DNA from: an uncultured Anaerolineaceae bacterium
GTDB taxonomy: Bacteria > Chloroflexota > Limnocylindria > Limnocylindrales > CSP1-4
Length of the DNA stretch: 64,000 bases
Direction: 5' to 3'
NCBI GenBank assembly: GCA_964475245.1
Contig: CAYYVV010000008.1
Coordinates: 14,078-78,077, forward strand
The translations under genes were made by a program, and so were the position numbers. The notes beneath the pieces are model-generated. The model was given only the letters and a program-made list of their open reading frames with translations. It made no database searches and was not told the DNA's origin. Each line of letters starts with the position of its first letter. Positions within the stretch are counted from its first letter, which is position 1. Below are positions 7,830-17,026 of the stretch, piece after piece.

Positions 7830-9289
7830 ATCGAGACGACTGCCCCGGAACCCGACCAGCGCGCCGTCTCGAGTGCTGCCTCGACCGATCTGAACAACGC
7901 GTCGGCCTGGTCGCCGTCGTGCAACAGGGCGCAGCCGGCGGAGATTGACACCACGACCGGCTCACCGCGCGCGTTGGCAATGTTGAGCTCGCGCACCTGG
8001 CGCCGAATCTGTGCCGCAGCTTCAGAGGCGGTATCGCCTGTCGCACCGTTGAGCACCACGAGGAATGAGTCGCTGCCGACGCGGGCGATGACATCGCTGG
8101 CCCGGAAACGCTGGCGGAGCAAGGTCGCGACAGCGCGCAGCACCTGATCGCCGACCTGCCGGCCCTGGCGCTCATTGATGACCGCGAAGCTGTCGATGTC
8201 GAACATGATCATGGCCAGCGGCGGCCGCTGCTCCGGCGACGTTCGGCGCCGCCAGGCAGTCGTCTGCGCCAGCACGGCATCGAGATAGGCGCGGTTGTAC
8301 AAGCCAGTCAGCTGGTCGCGCAGCGCGCCTTCCTCCAACTCGTTGCGCGCGAGCGAGCCTGCGACGCTCAGCGTCGCGAGCGCGACTATCTGCTCGAGCA
8401 TGCGCAGGTCGGCGGCGTCGAAACGAGCCCCATCGGCACGCCCGACTGTCACGCTGGTGATCACTCGACCGGTCTGCAGCCCGACGGCGGCGGCCATCGA
8501 TTGCGCCACCGACTTGCCCTCCAGGCGCCGTGACAGCCCCGACATGCTCGTCGGATCTGCCGCCGCGACGACGAGTCGGCGGTCCCGAATCGCCTGTCCG
8601 CTGATGCCTACCCCGGGCAGGACTTCGATGCCCACGGCCGTGCCTCCGCCGCCGTGCATGGCGCGCACGAAATGGCGCCCGGACGGAGGGTCGAGAACAG
8701 TCAGCACTGCCAAGTTAGCGGCCATCAGGTGGCTCGCGCCGTCCACGATCGCGCTCGGAAGCTTGTCCAGCGTCTCGTTGGCCAGCCGGCCGGCGAACTC
8801 CGCGATCTGGTCGTTGCGGCGCGCGGCGGCGTCAGTGGCGCGCCGCCTGACGTCGCTGCGTCGCTCGATCAGGAGCGCAATCCAACCCGCGACGACGCTT
8901 GCGGCCAGGCTGACGCCGACGCGCGCCCAGCCGGCCGGCACGGCGGCCTCGCTCGGCTGGGAGTAGTAGAGGATCACGTACAGGCCGCCGACGACGCCCG
9001 CGATGGCACCGCCGCTTAGGCCGCCGAGCACGGTCGCGGCGAGCACCGCGACGGGCAGCAGGAGCGCAGGATCGAGCGCCGCCGGGCGGCCGGCAAGCTC
9101 GATGACGACGACGATCGCAGCGACGATGAACAGCCCCGACCAACGCAGGAAGGGCAGCGCAGACGGGGGCACGATCCGTCTGCGCTGCTTTTGTGTGGGT
9201 CCCGAAATGGATGCGAGGCTGTGCGCTGTCACTTCTGTGGACGATCGCAGCAGATGCGTCCCGGTGATACGGACCGTTCGTCCTACCAC
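7826..9289 (-). CDS. Membrane-anchored GAF-GGDEF protein with a degenerate active site (GSDSF) and a retained RxxD I-site
   Basis: N-terminal TM helices, a central GAF-like region and a C-terminal GGDEF domain (LTGLYNRAYL...MFDIDSFAVINE...RFRASDVIARVGSDSFLVVL). The GGDEF position (8063..8077) reads GSDSF. The ORF is open to 9397, but that would overlap the divergent 9307 gene, so GTG 9289 (or 9232) is preferred. The start is uncertain. Confidence 0.7.
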   Translation of the reverse strand: MVGRTVRITGTHLLRSSTEVTAHSLASISGPTQKQRRRIVPPSALPFLRWSGLFIVAAIVVVIELAGRPAALDPALLLPVAVLAATVLGGLSGGAIAGVVGGLYVILYYSQPSEAAVPAGWARVGVSLAASVVAGWIALLIERRSDVRRRATDAAARRNDQIAEFAGRLANETLDKLPSAIVDGASHLMAANLAVLTVLDPPSGRHFVRAMHGGGGTAVGIEVLPGVGISGQAIRDRRLVVAAADPTSMSGLSRRLEGKSVAQSMAAAVGLQTGRVITSVTVGRADGARFDAADLRMLEQIVALATLSVAGSLARNELEEGALRDQLTGLYNRAYLDAVLAQTTAWRRRTSPEQRPPLAMIMFDIDSFAVINERQGRQVGDQVLRAVATLLRQRFRASDVIARVGSDSFLVVLNGATGDTASEAAAQIRRQVRELNIANARGEPVVVSISAGCALLHDGDQADALFRSVEAALETARWSGSGAVVSI

Positions 9290-9306
9290 CGACCTAGACT
9301 CGGTGC

Positions 9307-10248
9307 GTGGAATCCCTCGCGCGCCAGCCTGCCGAGCCCGCCACTGACGACGAGCTGACACGCGTCGTCCCCCTCGCGCATGGGTCAGACCCGGCACAGA
9401 CGATGAGAGCGCTGTGGCTTGGGCCGGGCGATCCGCAGACGCGCTTCGAGCCAGGCGCGATCAGCCGCGCATCGTGGTTCGCGGCAGGCCCGGCCACGCT
9501 GCGTATCGAGCTCGCCGCTGGTCGCGTCGTTGCCCGAGCGTGGGGACCGGGCGCCGCCGACGCGTTGGAGACCGTGCCCGCGCTGATCGGCGAGCGCGAC
9601 GATCCCACAGCGCTCATCGCCCGCCATGAGATCGTGGCCCAGACGGTGCGCCGGCTGCCCGGCCTGAGGTTGACCAGTGGAGCGGCGCTGTTCGAGGCAC
9701 TGCTCGTTTCGATCCTGGGCCAAAAGATCACCTCGCTCGAGCAGCGCCGCTCGTTCGCAGCCATCGTCCGCCGGCTCGGGACGCGTGCGCCAGGGCCGCT
9801 CGGGCTGATGCTGCCGCCGCCGCCCGAGGCGCTGGTGCGCACGCCGTACTGGATCTTTCACCCACTGGGCATCGAGCGTCGTCGGGCCGACACGATCCGG
9901 GCGGCGGCGGCCGCGGCGGCGAGTCTGGAGCGCATCGCCACCCTTTCGACGGCACAGCGCATCAGCACGCTGAGCTCGCTGCCCGGCATCGGACCATGGA
10001 CAGCGGCCGAGGCGATCAGGTTGTCATTCGGCGATCCTGACGCAGTCAGCGTCGGTGACTACCACCTGCCCACTCTCGTCTGCCGCGCGCTGGCCGGCGA
10101 GGAGAGCGGCACTGACGAGCGGATGCTCGAGCTGCTCGCGCCGTACACCGGACAGCGCGCGCGAGTTGTCCTGCTGATCGAGAACGCAGGTCTGCGCCTG
10201 GAGCGCCACGGGCCGCGCATGGCGCCGCGTTCGATCGCCTCGATGTAG
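9307..10248 (+). CDS. DNA-3-methyladenine glycosylase II family (AlkA-like, HhH-GPD)
   Basis: Helix-hairpin-helix/GPD region LPGIGPWTAAEAIRLSFGDPDAVSVGDYHL. 313 aa, GTG start. Confidence 0.75.
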   Translation: MESLARQPAEPATDDELTRVVPLAHGSDPAQTMRALWLGPGDPQTRFEPGAISRASWFAAGPATLRIELAAGRVVARAWGPGAADALETVPALIGERDDPTALIARHEIVAQTVRRLPGLRLTSGAALFEALLVSILGQKITSLEQRRSFAAIVRRLGTRAPGPLGLMLPPPPEALVRTPYWIFHPLGIERRRADTIRAAAAAAASLERIATLSTAQRISTLSSLPGIGPWTAAEAIRLSFGDPDAVSVGDYHLPTLVCRALAGEESGTDERMLELLAPYTGQRARVVLLIENAGLRLERHGPRMAPRSIASM

Positions 10249-10301
10249 AACCGGTGCCTCTCGGCTCTTGGCACTCAGGTCGGTAATGCAACAATCCGCG
10301 G

Positions 10302-11033
10302 GTGTCCGGTCGCGATCGAAACAAGCAGGGGCTCATCTACGGTCCCGTGCGCCCGTCGGGGCCGCCCGACCGAGGGCGAATCGTCGGCAACATGCTCGGC
10401 CTGCTCGTGGTCGTGATCACCGCTGGGGTGCTCGTGTCGGCCATCTACATCCTGCTGACCCAGGCGCCACCGCCGGCGCCGATCGCCACCGCCGCGCCCA
10501 CGGGGTCGCCAGCGGTCGTTGCATCCCTCGTCGCGGGCGCGAGCGCGAGCGCGCTGCCCACGCCCTCCATCGTCGCCGCGGAGACGATTTCGCCGACGCT
10601 ACCGACCATCACGCTGCCACCTTCGATCGCACCCAGCGCCACGCCGGCTACGCCGGCGCCGACCGTGTCCGTGCCGCCCGTCGAGCACGGGCCGGGCTTC
10701 ATCACCTTCGGCACGACGGCGGACTCGTCGTACCGAGTGACCGATCCCAAGACGACGTTCGGGCTCGATGAGCCGATGGTCTGGAGCGCTTACCTGCTCC
10801 AGCCGGCGAACGCGGCGGATCTCCAGGTCATGCTCTACGTGCAGGACCCGACACAGGCCAGCGGCCAGCGCCTGGTGAGCACGGATGCGGTGACTCCCAA
10901 CGTCCAGGACGTGCGCATCTTCTTCCATCGTGCCCGGCCGTCGATCGGCTCGACCTTCGGCAGCGGCCTGTATACGGTCCAGTACGTGCGCAGTGGCCAG
11001 GTCCTGGCCCAGGGCTCGTTCCTGGTCCAGTAA
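10302..11033 (+). CDS. Hypothetical single-pass membrane protein with a Pro/Ala/Thr-rich linker and a C-terminal globular domain
   Basis: TM helix MLGLLVVVITAGVLVSAIYILL is followed by a low-complexity PAPT linker and a beta-rich C-terminal region. No family recognised. Confidence 0.5.
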   Translation: MSGRDRNKQGLIYGPVRPSGPPDRGRIVGNMLGLLVVVITAGVLVSAIYILLTQAPPPAPIATAAPTGSPAVVASLVAGASASALPTPSIVAAETISPTLPTITLPPSIAPSATPATPAPTVSVPPVEHGPGFITFGTTADSSYRVTDPKTTFGLDEPMVWSAYLLQPANAADLQVMLYVQDPTQASGQRLVSTDAVTPNVQDVRIFFHRARPSIGSTFGSGLYTVQYVRSGQVLAQGSFLVQ

Positions 11034-11059
11034 CAGGCGGGTATGCTCACCGTGGCCCA

Positions 11060-11704
11060 GTGAGCGCATCCGACACACGATCTCCTGTTCGCCGCCCGAG
11101 GCCGGCATGGCTCGCAGCATGCCTGGTCGTGCTGGCGCTCGCCGTCGTCGGCTGCGACGCCTCGAGCGCCTCGCCCGGACCATCCACGTCGCTCGTGCCG
11201 CTCGACTTCTCACCCCTGCCCAGCGTTGCTCTGCCATCCGTCGTGCCGACCAAGACACCTCCTGGACCAACCATCCTGCCCAGCTGGCCGGTCGGCTGGG
11301 ACCTCTCGTTCTGCACGGCGTTCGGCGACCTGACCGTCGACCACCAGCTGGTCATCGACATCGAACGCGCGATCGCCGACAACAGCCCGGGTGACGCACA
11401 GGGACTGACCAGCCAGCTCGTCCAGACATCGTCGATCACGACGTCGGAGCTGACCAAGCTCAAGGACTGGGCGCCGGCGGCGACCGTACAGGCCAGCCTC
11501 CTGTCGCTGATCGGTCTTGACAGCCAGGTTGGCGCGGCCTACCAGAGCTACTTCAAGGATTCGGTCAAGTCTGCCCTGAAGCAGGCGCGCCAGCTGCGCA
11601 ACCAGGTCAGCAAGCAGGTCGGGCCGATCAACACCCAGCTTGGGCAGCTCAGCGCACTGGGCCTCAGCTGCACGGGCCAGGGACTCAAGCTCGAGACGTT
11701 CTGA
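11060..11704 (+). CDS. Putative lipoprotein (hypothetical)
   Basis: Signal/lipobox-like AWLAACLVVLALAVVGCDASS. The stop at 11704 is only 2 nt before the start of the next gene. Confidence 0.5.
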   Translation: MSASDTRSPVRRPRPAWLAACLVVLALAVVGCDASSASPGPSTSLVPLDFSPLPSVALPSVVPTKTPPGPTILPSWPVGWDLSFCTAFGDLTVDHQLVIDIERAIADNSPGDAQGLTSQLVQTSSITTSELTKLKDWAPAATVQASLLSLIGLDSQVGAAYQSYFKDSVKSALKQARQLRNQVSKQVGPINTQLGQLSALGLSCTGQGLKLETF

Positions 11705-11706
11705 GC

Positions 11707-14379
11707 ATGGCCGGAGGCACAGCCGGGACGCCGACCTTCCTGTTCACCGATATCGAGGGTTCGACGCGCCTGCTCCAGCACTTCGGCGACCAGTACTCCG
11801 CGCTGCTTGAGACACATCGCGCGCTCATCGCTGCTGCCGTCAATCGAGCCGGCGGGCGCGTGGTCGGTACCGAGGGCGACTCGTTCTTCTGCTCCTTTCC
11901 CACGGCTGCGGGCGGCGTCTCAGCGGCGGCGGACGCGCAGCGCGCCCTCGAGGCCCATGACTGGCCGGAGGACGGACGGATCAGGGTGCGCATGGGCGTG
12001 CACACCGGCGAGGCGGTCGAGTCGAAGGGCGACTACGTGGGCCTGGCTGTCCACCAGGCGGCACGGATCATGGCCGCCGCGCACGGCGGCCAGGTCCTGG
12101 TGTCGGAGGCCACGCGGCGCCTGGTTCCGAACCTGCCCGAAGGAACGGAGCTGCGCGACCTCGGCGAGAAAAGGCTGAAGGACCTGGCCGCGCCCGAGCG
12201 GCTCTACGAGCTCGTCATAGACGGACTGCAGGACCGGTTTCCGGCGCTGCGCACGCTCGACGCGCGAGCCAACAACCTGCCTGTCCAACTGACGAGCTTC
12301 GTCGGCCGAGCCGAGCTCGCGGCGGCACGTGACGCGTTCGCGGAGACACGCCTGCTGACGCTGACCGGCCCGGGCGGAACCGGCAAGACACGACTGGCGC
12401 TCCAGCTCGCGGCCGAGATGAGTGATGCGTTCGCCGACGGTGTCTTCTTCGTCGGTCTCGATTCGATCGTCGACGTCGACCTCGTTCCGCCGGCGATCGC
12501 GTCCGCGCTGGGAATCACGGCCGGTGGCGCCAAGGGCCCACTCGAGGCCGTGATCGATTACCTCGCCGACAAGCAGATGCTGCTGCTGCTCGACAACTTC
12601 GAGCAGGTCGTCGAGGCTGCGCCCGACGTCAGCCGGCTGCTGCACGAGGCGCCCAGGATCAAGCTGCTGGTCACGACACGCGTCGTGCTGCGCGTGTACG
12701 GCGAGCGTGAGTTCCCGGTGCCGCCGCTTGGCCTTCCACCAGCCGAGTCGAGCGAGCTGACGGCCGAGGAGGCGCTGGGCTACGAGGCAATCGAGCTGTT
12801 CGTCGACCGCGCTCGCGCCGTCCACCCAGCCTTCGCGCTGAGCGACGAAAGCGCCCCGCTGGTGGTCGACATATGCCGCCGGCTGGACGGCCTGCCGCTG
12901 GCCATCGAGCTCGCGGCGGCGCGCACGCGCGCCCTGCCACTGGCAGCAATCCGTGCCCGGCTCGATCAGCAGTTGTCGTTCTTGACCGGCGGCGCGCGCG
13001 ATCTGCCCGGCCGCCAGCAGACGCTGCGTGGCGCAATCGAGTGGAGCTACGACCTGCTCGATGTGGCCGATCGGCGCCTTTTCCAACGCTTCTCCGTCCA
13101 CTCGGGCGGCGCGTTCCTGACGCAGGCCGACGCGGTCTGCGGCCCGGCGTCGGAGCTCGGCGAGGACGTCCTGGACGGCTTGTCGTCTCTGTCGGACAAG
13201 AGCCTCGTCAAGCCCGACCTGGCGATGGCCGAGGACCCGCGCTTTTCGATGCTGGTATCGATCCGCGATTACGCACACGAGCAACTGGCGGCCTCGGATG
13301 AGCTCGACAGCCTCGCCCGAAGACACGCCCTGGTGTACCTGGAGTTCGCCGAGCGAGAAGCACCGGGCCTGACGGGCCCCGAGGCGCGCGAAGTCACGGG
13401 CCGCTTCGAGCTCGACCACGACAACATCCGTGCGGCCCTTGACTGGGCTGTGGCGCACAACGAAGCCGAGATCGCGCTCCGCCTGATCGTCGCGACGTGG
13501 CGCTTCTGGCAGCGCAGCGGACACTTGATCGAGGCGCGCCGCCGTGTGGATGCCGTCATCGCGCTGCCGGGTGTGGCGGATCAGAGCGACGATTTGCAGG
13601 CGCGCGCCTTCGGCGCGGCCGGCAGCATCACCTACTGGCAGGCGGATCCGCATGCGACCTATGGCTATTACTTGCGCGCACTTGCCGCGGCCGAGAAGTC
13701 AGGTGACAAGCAGCTGATCGCCGAAGCCCTGTACAACCACGGCTTTGCGCCTGCGGACGCTGACAAGCTGAGCGACGCGCTGTACACGAAAGGCATGCCC
13801 TTCTGGGAGCGCAGCCTGGCTATGTACAACGAGATCGGCGACGCGCGCGGCATTGCCAACGCTGCGTGGGGCCTGTCCCAGGCTGAGGCCGCCATCGGCA
13901 ACGAGGACCGGGCGATTGTGGTCGGAGAGCAGGCGCTGGCAGGCTACCGAGAGCTTGATGATTCGTTCGGCATCGGCTGGGCGCTGTACGTACTGGCGGC
14001 ATTGCACGTCAGGGGCGGCCGTGATGAACAGGCTGAGGTCCTGTTGCGCGAATCGTTGACGATCTTCCTGGACGCCAACGACAAGACGGGCATCCTGTTG
14101 AACCTCGCGGCATTCATGAACATCGCCCACACGCGCGGCCAGAAACTGCGCCAGCTGCGCCTGGGTGGCGTGGTGCGGAAACTGCGCGAGTCGACCGGAA
14201 CCGGGCTGCTTGACACTCCGATTGACGTGGTCCAGTTCGTGATGCCATCCGAGCCGACGACGGCCGACGAGAAGCGCGAGTTTGAGGCTGGGGCGCGAAT
14301 GACGGCAGAAGAGGCCGCTTTCTACGCTCTCAGCGACGCCGATGCAGATACCGATAAGGACGAGGTGAGCGGGAGCTAA
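11707..14379 (+). CDS. STAND-type signalling protein: class III adenylate/guanylate cyclase domain, NB-ARC/AAA P-loop NTPase, TPR repeats
   Basis: Cyclase motifs TFLFTDIEGSTRL...GTEGDSFFCSF...RVRMGVHTGEAV. Walker A is LTGPGGTGKTRLALQLA and Walker B is MLLLLDNFEQV. A long helical-repeat C-terminus follows. 890 aa with no HTH seen. Confidence 0.85.
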   Translation: MAGGTAGTPTFLFTDIEGSTRLLQHFGDQYSALLETHRALIAAAVNRAGGRVVGTEGDSFFCSFPTAAGGVSAAADAQRALEAHDWPEDGRIRVRMGVHTGEAVESKGDYVGLAVHQAARIMAAAHGGQVLVSEATRRLVPNLPEGTELRDLGEKRLKDLAAPERLYELVIDGLQDRFPALRTLDARANNLPVQLTSFVGRAELAAARDAFAETRLLTLTGPGGTGKTRLALQLAAEMSDAFADGVFFVGLDSIVDVDLVPPAIASALGITAGGAKGPLEAVIDYLADKQMLLLLDNFEQVVEAAPDVSRLLHEAPRIKLLVTTRVVLRVYGEREFPVPPLGLPPAESSELTAEEALGYEAIELFVDRARAVHPAFALSDESAPLVVDICRRLDGLPLAIELAAARTRALPLAAIRARLDQQLSFLTGGARDLPGRQQTLRGAIEWSYDLLDVADRRLFQRFSVHSGGAFLTQADAVCGPASELGEDVLDGLSSLSDKSLVKPDLAMAEDPRFSMLVSIRDYAHEQLAASDELDSLARRHALVYLEFAEREAPGLTGPEAREVTGRFELDHDNIRAALDWAVAHNEAEIALRLIVATWRFWQRSGHLIEARRRVDAVIALPGVADQSDDLQARAFGAAGSITYWQADPHATYGYYLRALAAAEKSGDKQLIAEALYNHGFAPADADKLSDALYTKGMPFWERSLAMYNEIGDARGIANAAWGLSQAEAAIGNEDRAIVVGEQALAGYRELDDSFGIGWALYVLAALHVRGGRDEQAEVLLRESLTIFLDANDKTGILLNLAAFMNIAHTRGQKLRQLRLGGVVRKLRESTGTGLLDTPIDVVQFVMPSEPTTADEKREFEAGARMTAEEAAFYALSDADADTDKDEVSGS

Positions 14380-14413
14380 GCGTGCGCTAAGCGTCCCTGG
14401 CGATCATCCCGCC

Positions 14414-15094
14414 ATGGGACGCAGAGCCGCGCGGGCGAGCACCGCAAACGAAGCCGCCGAGGAGCCGCTCATCGTCGGACCGACGCGCGCTGAGGTCCGC
14501 GCCGCGATCTCGGCACTGCCAGATGAGCTCGAATGGGACGATATGCGCCCGCGTCTGCGGCCGATGTTCGTGCGCCGCCGGCCGATGCCGCCGGGCACGG
14601 AACGGCCGCTCGCGTTCAAGGTCGAGCCCGGCCTGACCGTAACCCTCGGCGTGGATATCGGACCGGCGTTCGTCTATGTCGGCCAGAAGCTTCTCGAGGC
14701 CTGGCCGGTTGACGCGGACGAGGCACTGGCGGTCGCGATGGGCAACCTGCGGGCGAGCGTCGCGGCGGAGCGTTTCGTCGAGCTCGAGTACGGAACGGTC
14801 GGCGACGTGCCGTTGTGGTGTTACCAATCGCACGGCGGTCTGGCGTCGGGGTTGCTGCTCGTGTCCGATGAGCTGGCGCTGCGCTACGGCGACGAGCCGC
14901 GCCTGTTGATCGCGCCGATGCGCAACCTGCTCGTCGCTGCGCCGTTCGATGCGGATCGAGGGCTCCTCGAGTGGCTGCGCGACGAGATCTCGTTCGAGGA
15001 TCCGAACGGGTTGGACTTGCCGCTGTTCGCCCTGCTCGACGGTCGCCTGACGATCGACAGGCGCCAGAACGGCCGCCGCAACTTCGTCCACTGA
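14414..15094 (+). CDS. Hypothetical protein (226 aa)
   Basis: Balanced composition, ATG start. No family recognised. Confidence 0.45.
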   Translation: MGRRAARASTANEAAEEPLIVGPTRAEVRAAISALPDELEWDDMRPRLRPMFVRRRPMPPGTERPLAFKVEPGLTVTLGVDIGPAFVYVGQKLLEAWPVDADEALAVAMGNLRASVAAERFVELEYGTVGDVPLWCYQSHGGLASGLLLVSDELALRYGDEPRLLIAPMRNLLVAAPFDADRGLLEWLRDEISFEDPNGLDLPLFALLDGRLTIDRRQNGRRNFVH

Positions 15095-15103
15095 CGCCGC
15101 GCG

Positions 15104-15511
15104 TCAGCTACGAGTGCGTCGCGCGTCCTCGCCGGGGATGCCGGCCGCGGTGAGCGCTGCGGCGAGGCCGTCGAGATCGGCGACCGTGACATACAGCCGG
15201 GGAATATTGAAGATGCCGCGGCGCTCGCGCTGCTTGAAGTCGATCCGGAGCCCGCCCAGGTGATTGCCGGCAAACGAGATATCGCCATCGATGATGCCGC
15301 GCCGGACACCGATCGCCTTGACCCAGATCCACGGTCCCTCGATCCGCCAGCGCGCCATGTTCGCCAGCGGCACGCGCAGGTGGTAGAAGCCGAAATGGGC
15401 GTCGAGAGCGTCGGCCGAGAGATCGACGTAGGCGTTCCGCTCGCGCACGCCGAAGAGCAGCAGCAGGGGCCGCGAGCGCGTACCGATGCGAAACGGGAAG
15501 CGCTGGATCAT
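15104..15511 (-). CDS. Hypothetical protein (135 aa), last gene of the Mo-hydroxylase operon
   Basis: The ATG at 15511 overlaps the kinase stop (ATGA, 15508..15511). The sequence MIQRFPFRIGTRSRPLLLLFGVRERNAYVDL... has normal composition, and the upstream part of the 223-aa ORF is Arg/Pro junk. Confidence 0.5.
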   Translation of the reverse strand: MIQRFPFRIGTRSRPLLLLFGVRERNAYVDLSADALDAHFGFYHLRVPLANMARWRIEGPWIWVKAIGVRRGIIDGDISFAGNHLGGLRIDFKQRERRGIFNIPRLYVTVADLDGLAAALTAAGIPGEDARRTRS

Positions 15512-16608
15512 CGGGCAATCCGGGCACCGGCGCCGCGCATCACCTGCTCGACCTCGGCGAGAGTGGCCATCGAGGTGTCCCCCGGCGTCGTCATCGCCAG
15601 AGCGCCATGCGCGGCGCCGTACTCGACCGCCGCCTGTGGGCCGCGGCCGGTCAGGAAGCCGTAGATCAGGCCCGACGCAAATGAGTCGCCGCTGCCGACG
15701 CGGTCGAGGACGTCGACGTCCTCGCGCCGGACTGCTTCGTAGAGCTTGCCGTCCGCCCAGCACACTGCGCCCCAATCGTTGCGCGACGCCGTCCTGGCAT
15801 TGCGCAGCGTCGTGGCCACGACCTTCAGGTTCGGGTACGTCTCGACGAGGCGCTCGATCATCCGGCCGAAGTTGGCCGGATCGAGCGCTGACAGGTTCTC
15901 GTCCAGGCCTTCAACCTCGACGCCGAGGGCTGCCCCGAAGTCCTCCTCGTTGCCGAGCAGCACGTCGACGTTCGCCACGAGGCGGCTGTTGACCGCGGCC
16001 GCCCGCTCCCGGCCGCCGTTGCCGTTCCAGAGTGAGGGGCGGTAATTCAGGTCGTACGAGATCACGGTTCCATGGCGGCGGGCGGCCGCCATGGCGGCCA
16101 GCACCACGTCCGGCGTGCTCGGCGAAAGCGCGGCGTAGATGCCGCCGGTGTGGAACCAGCGCGCGCCGCGCGTGCCGAAGACGGCGTCCCAGTCGACATC
16201 GTCCGGCTTCATCTGCGACGCGGCACTGTTGGCGCGGTCGGAAACGCCGAGGCCCGCGCGCAGGCCGAAGCCGCGCTCGGTGAAGTTCAGGCCGTTGCGC
16301 ACCGTCCGGCCGATGCCGTCATATGGCACCCAGCGGACGAGCGACTGGTCGACGCCGCCCTGGCGGATGAGGTCCTCGATCAGCCGGCCGACGGCGTTGT
16401 CGGCAAAGGCCGTGGCAATGGCGCTGCGCATGCCGAAGCAGCGCGCGAGGCCGCGCGCGACGTTGTACTCGCCACCGCCCTCCCACGCGCGAAACTCGCG
16501 CGCTGTCGCGATGCGCCCCTCGCCCGGATCGAGGCGGAGCATCACCTCGCCCAGCGCGACGAGGTCCCACGCGCACGAATCGGTCGTGCGCAGCTCGAGC
16601 CCGCTCAT
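15508..16608 (-). CDS. PfkB-family sugar kinase, 2-keto-3-deoxygluconate-kinase-like
   Basis: LGEVMLRLDP...GGGEYNVARGLA at the N-terminus and DRVGSGDSFASGLIYGFL (anion hole/catalytic Asp) at the C-terminus. 366 aa. Confidence 0.8.
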   Translation of the reverse strand: MSGLELRTTDSCAWDLVALGEVMLRLDPGEGRIATAREFRAWEGGGEYNVARGLARCFGMRSAIATAFADNAVGRLIEDLIRQGGVDQSLVRWVPYDGIGRTVRNGLNFTERGFGLRAGLGVSDRANSAASQMKPDDVDWDAVFGTRGARWFHTGGIYAALSPSTPDVVLAAMAAARRHGTVISYDLNYRPSLWNGNGGRERAAAVNSRLVANVDVLLGNEEDFGAALGVEVEGLDENLSALDPANFGRMIERLVETYPNLKVVATTLRNARTASRNDWGAVCWADGKLYEAVRREDVDVLDRVGSGDSFASGLIYGFLTGRGPQAAVEYGAAHGALAMTTPGDTSMATLAEVEQVMRGAGARIAR

Positions 16609-16615
16609 CGGTCGC

Positions 16616-17026
16616 TCAGAGCTTGCGCTGCGACTCGTTCGACTCGTCGAATTGGCGATGCATCATCGCCAGCGACGGGTCGGGGCCCTTGAAGCCGATC
16701 AGGTATTCGAGGCGGATCGGCGCGAAGCACTCGTAGAAGACGACGTCCTCGTCGGACACCTGGCGAAAGGCGTGGACCTGGTTCGAGGCGATGACGAGCA
16801 GGCTGCCCGGTCCGACCTCGCGCTCCTCGTCGCCGACCTTGGCCCACAACCGGCCCGACTCGACGAGCATGATCTGCTCGGCCTCGTGCGAGTGCTCGGG
16901 GATGATCACGCCCTCGCGATAGACGATGCGGGTCATCATCACCTTCTCGCCTGACACGGTCTGGCGGAAGACGCCCTTGACGTACTCGACGGTCGGGAAC
17001 TCGTCCCATGTCGTGATCTGGCCCAT
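16616..17026 (-). CDS. Cupin-domain protein
   Basis: Cupin motifs IIPEHSHEAEQIMLVESG and VIASNQVHAF. The start codon shares one base with the upstream stop (TGATG). Confidence 0.75.
   Translation of the reverse strand: MGQITTWDEFPTVEYVKGVFRQTVSGEKVMMTRIVYREGVIIPEHSHEAEQIMLVESGRLWAKVGDEEREVGPGSLLVIASNQVHAFRQVSDEDVVFYECFAPIRLEYLIGFKGPDPSLAMMHRQFDESNESQRKL

Noticed and set aside
11920-13653. 577-aa minus-strand ORF antisense to the STAND gene. Similar long antisense ORFs occur at 2603..3973 (+), 2097..3218 (-), 26526..27899 (+), 40205..41407 (+), 41932..43683 (-) and 62531..63601 (-).
   Set aside because: Their translations are dominated by Arg/Ala/Gly/Pro/Asp runs, and each lies opposite a gene with clear family motifs. 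Long stop-free antisense frames are expected in very GC-rich DNA. There is no independent start or RBS evidence.
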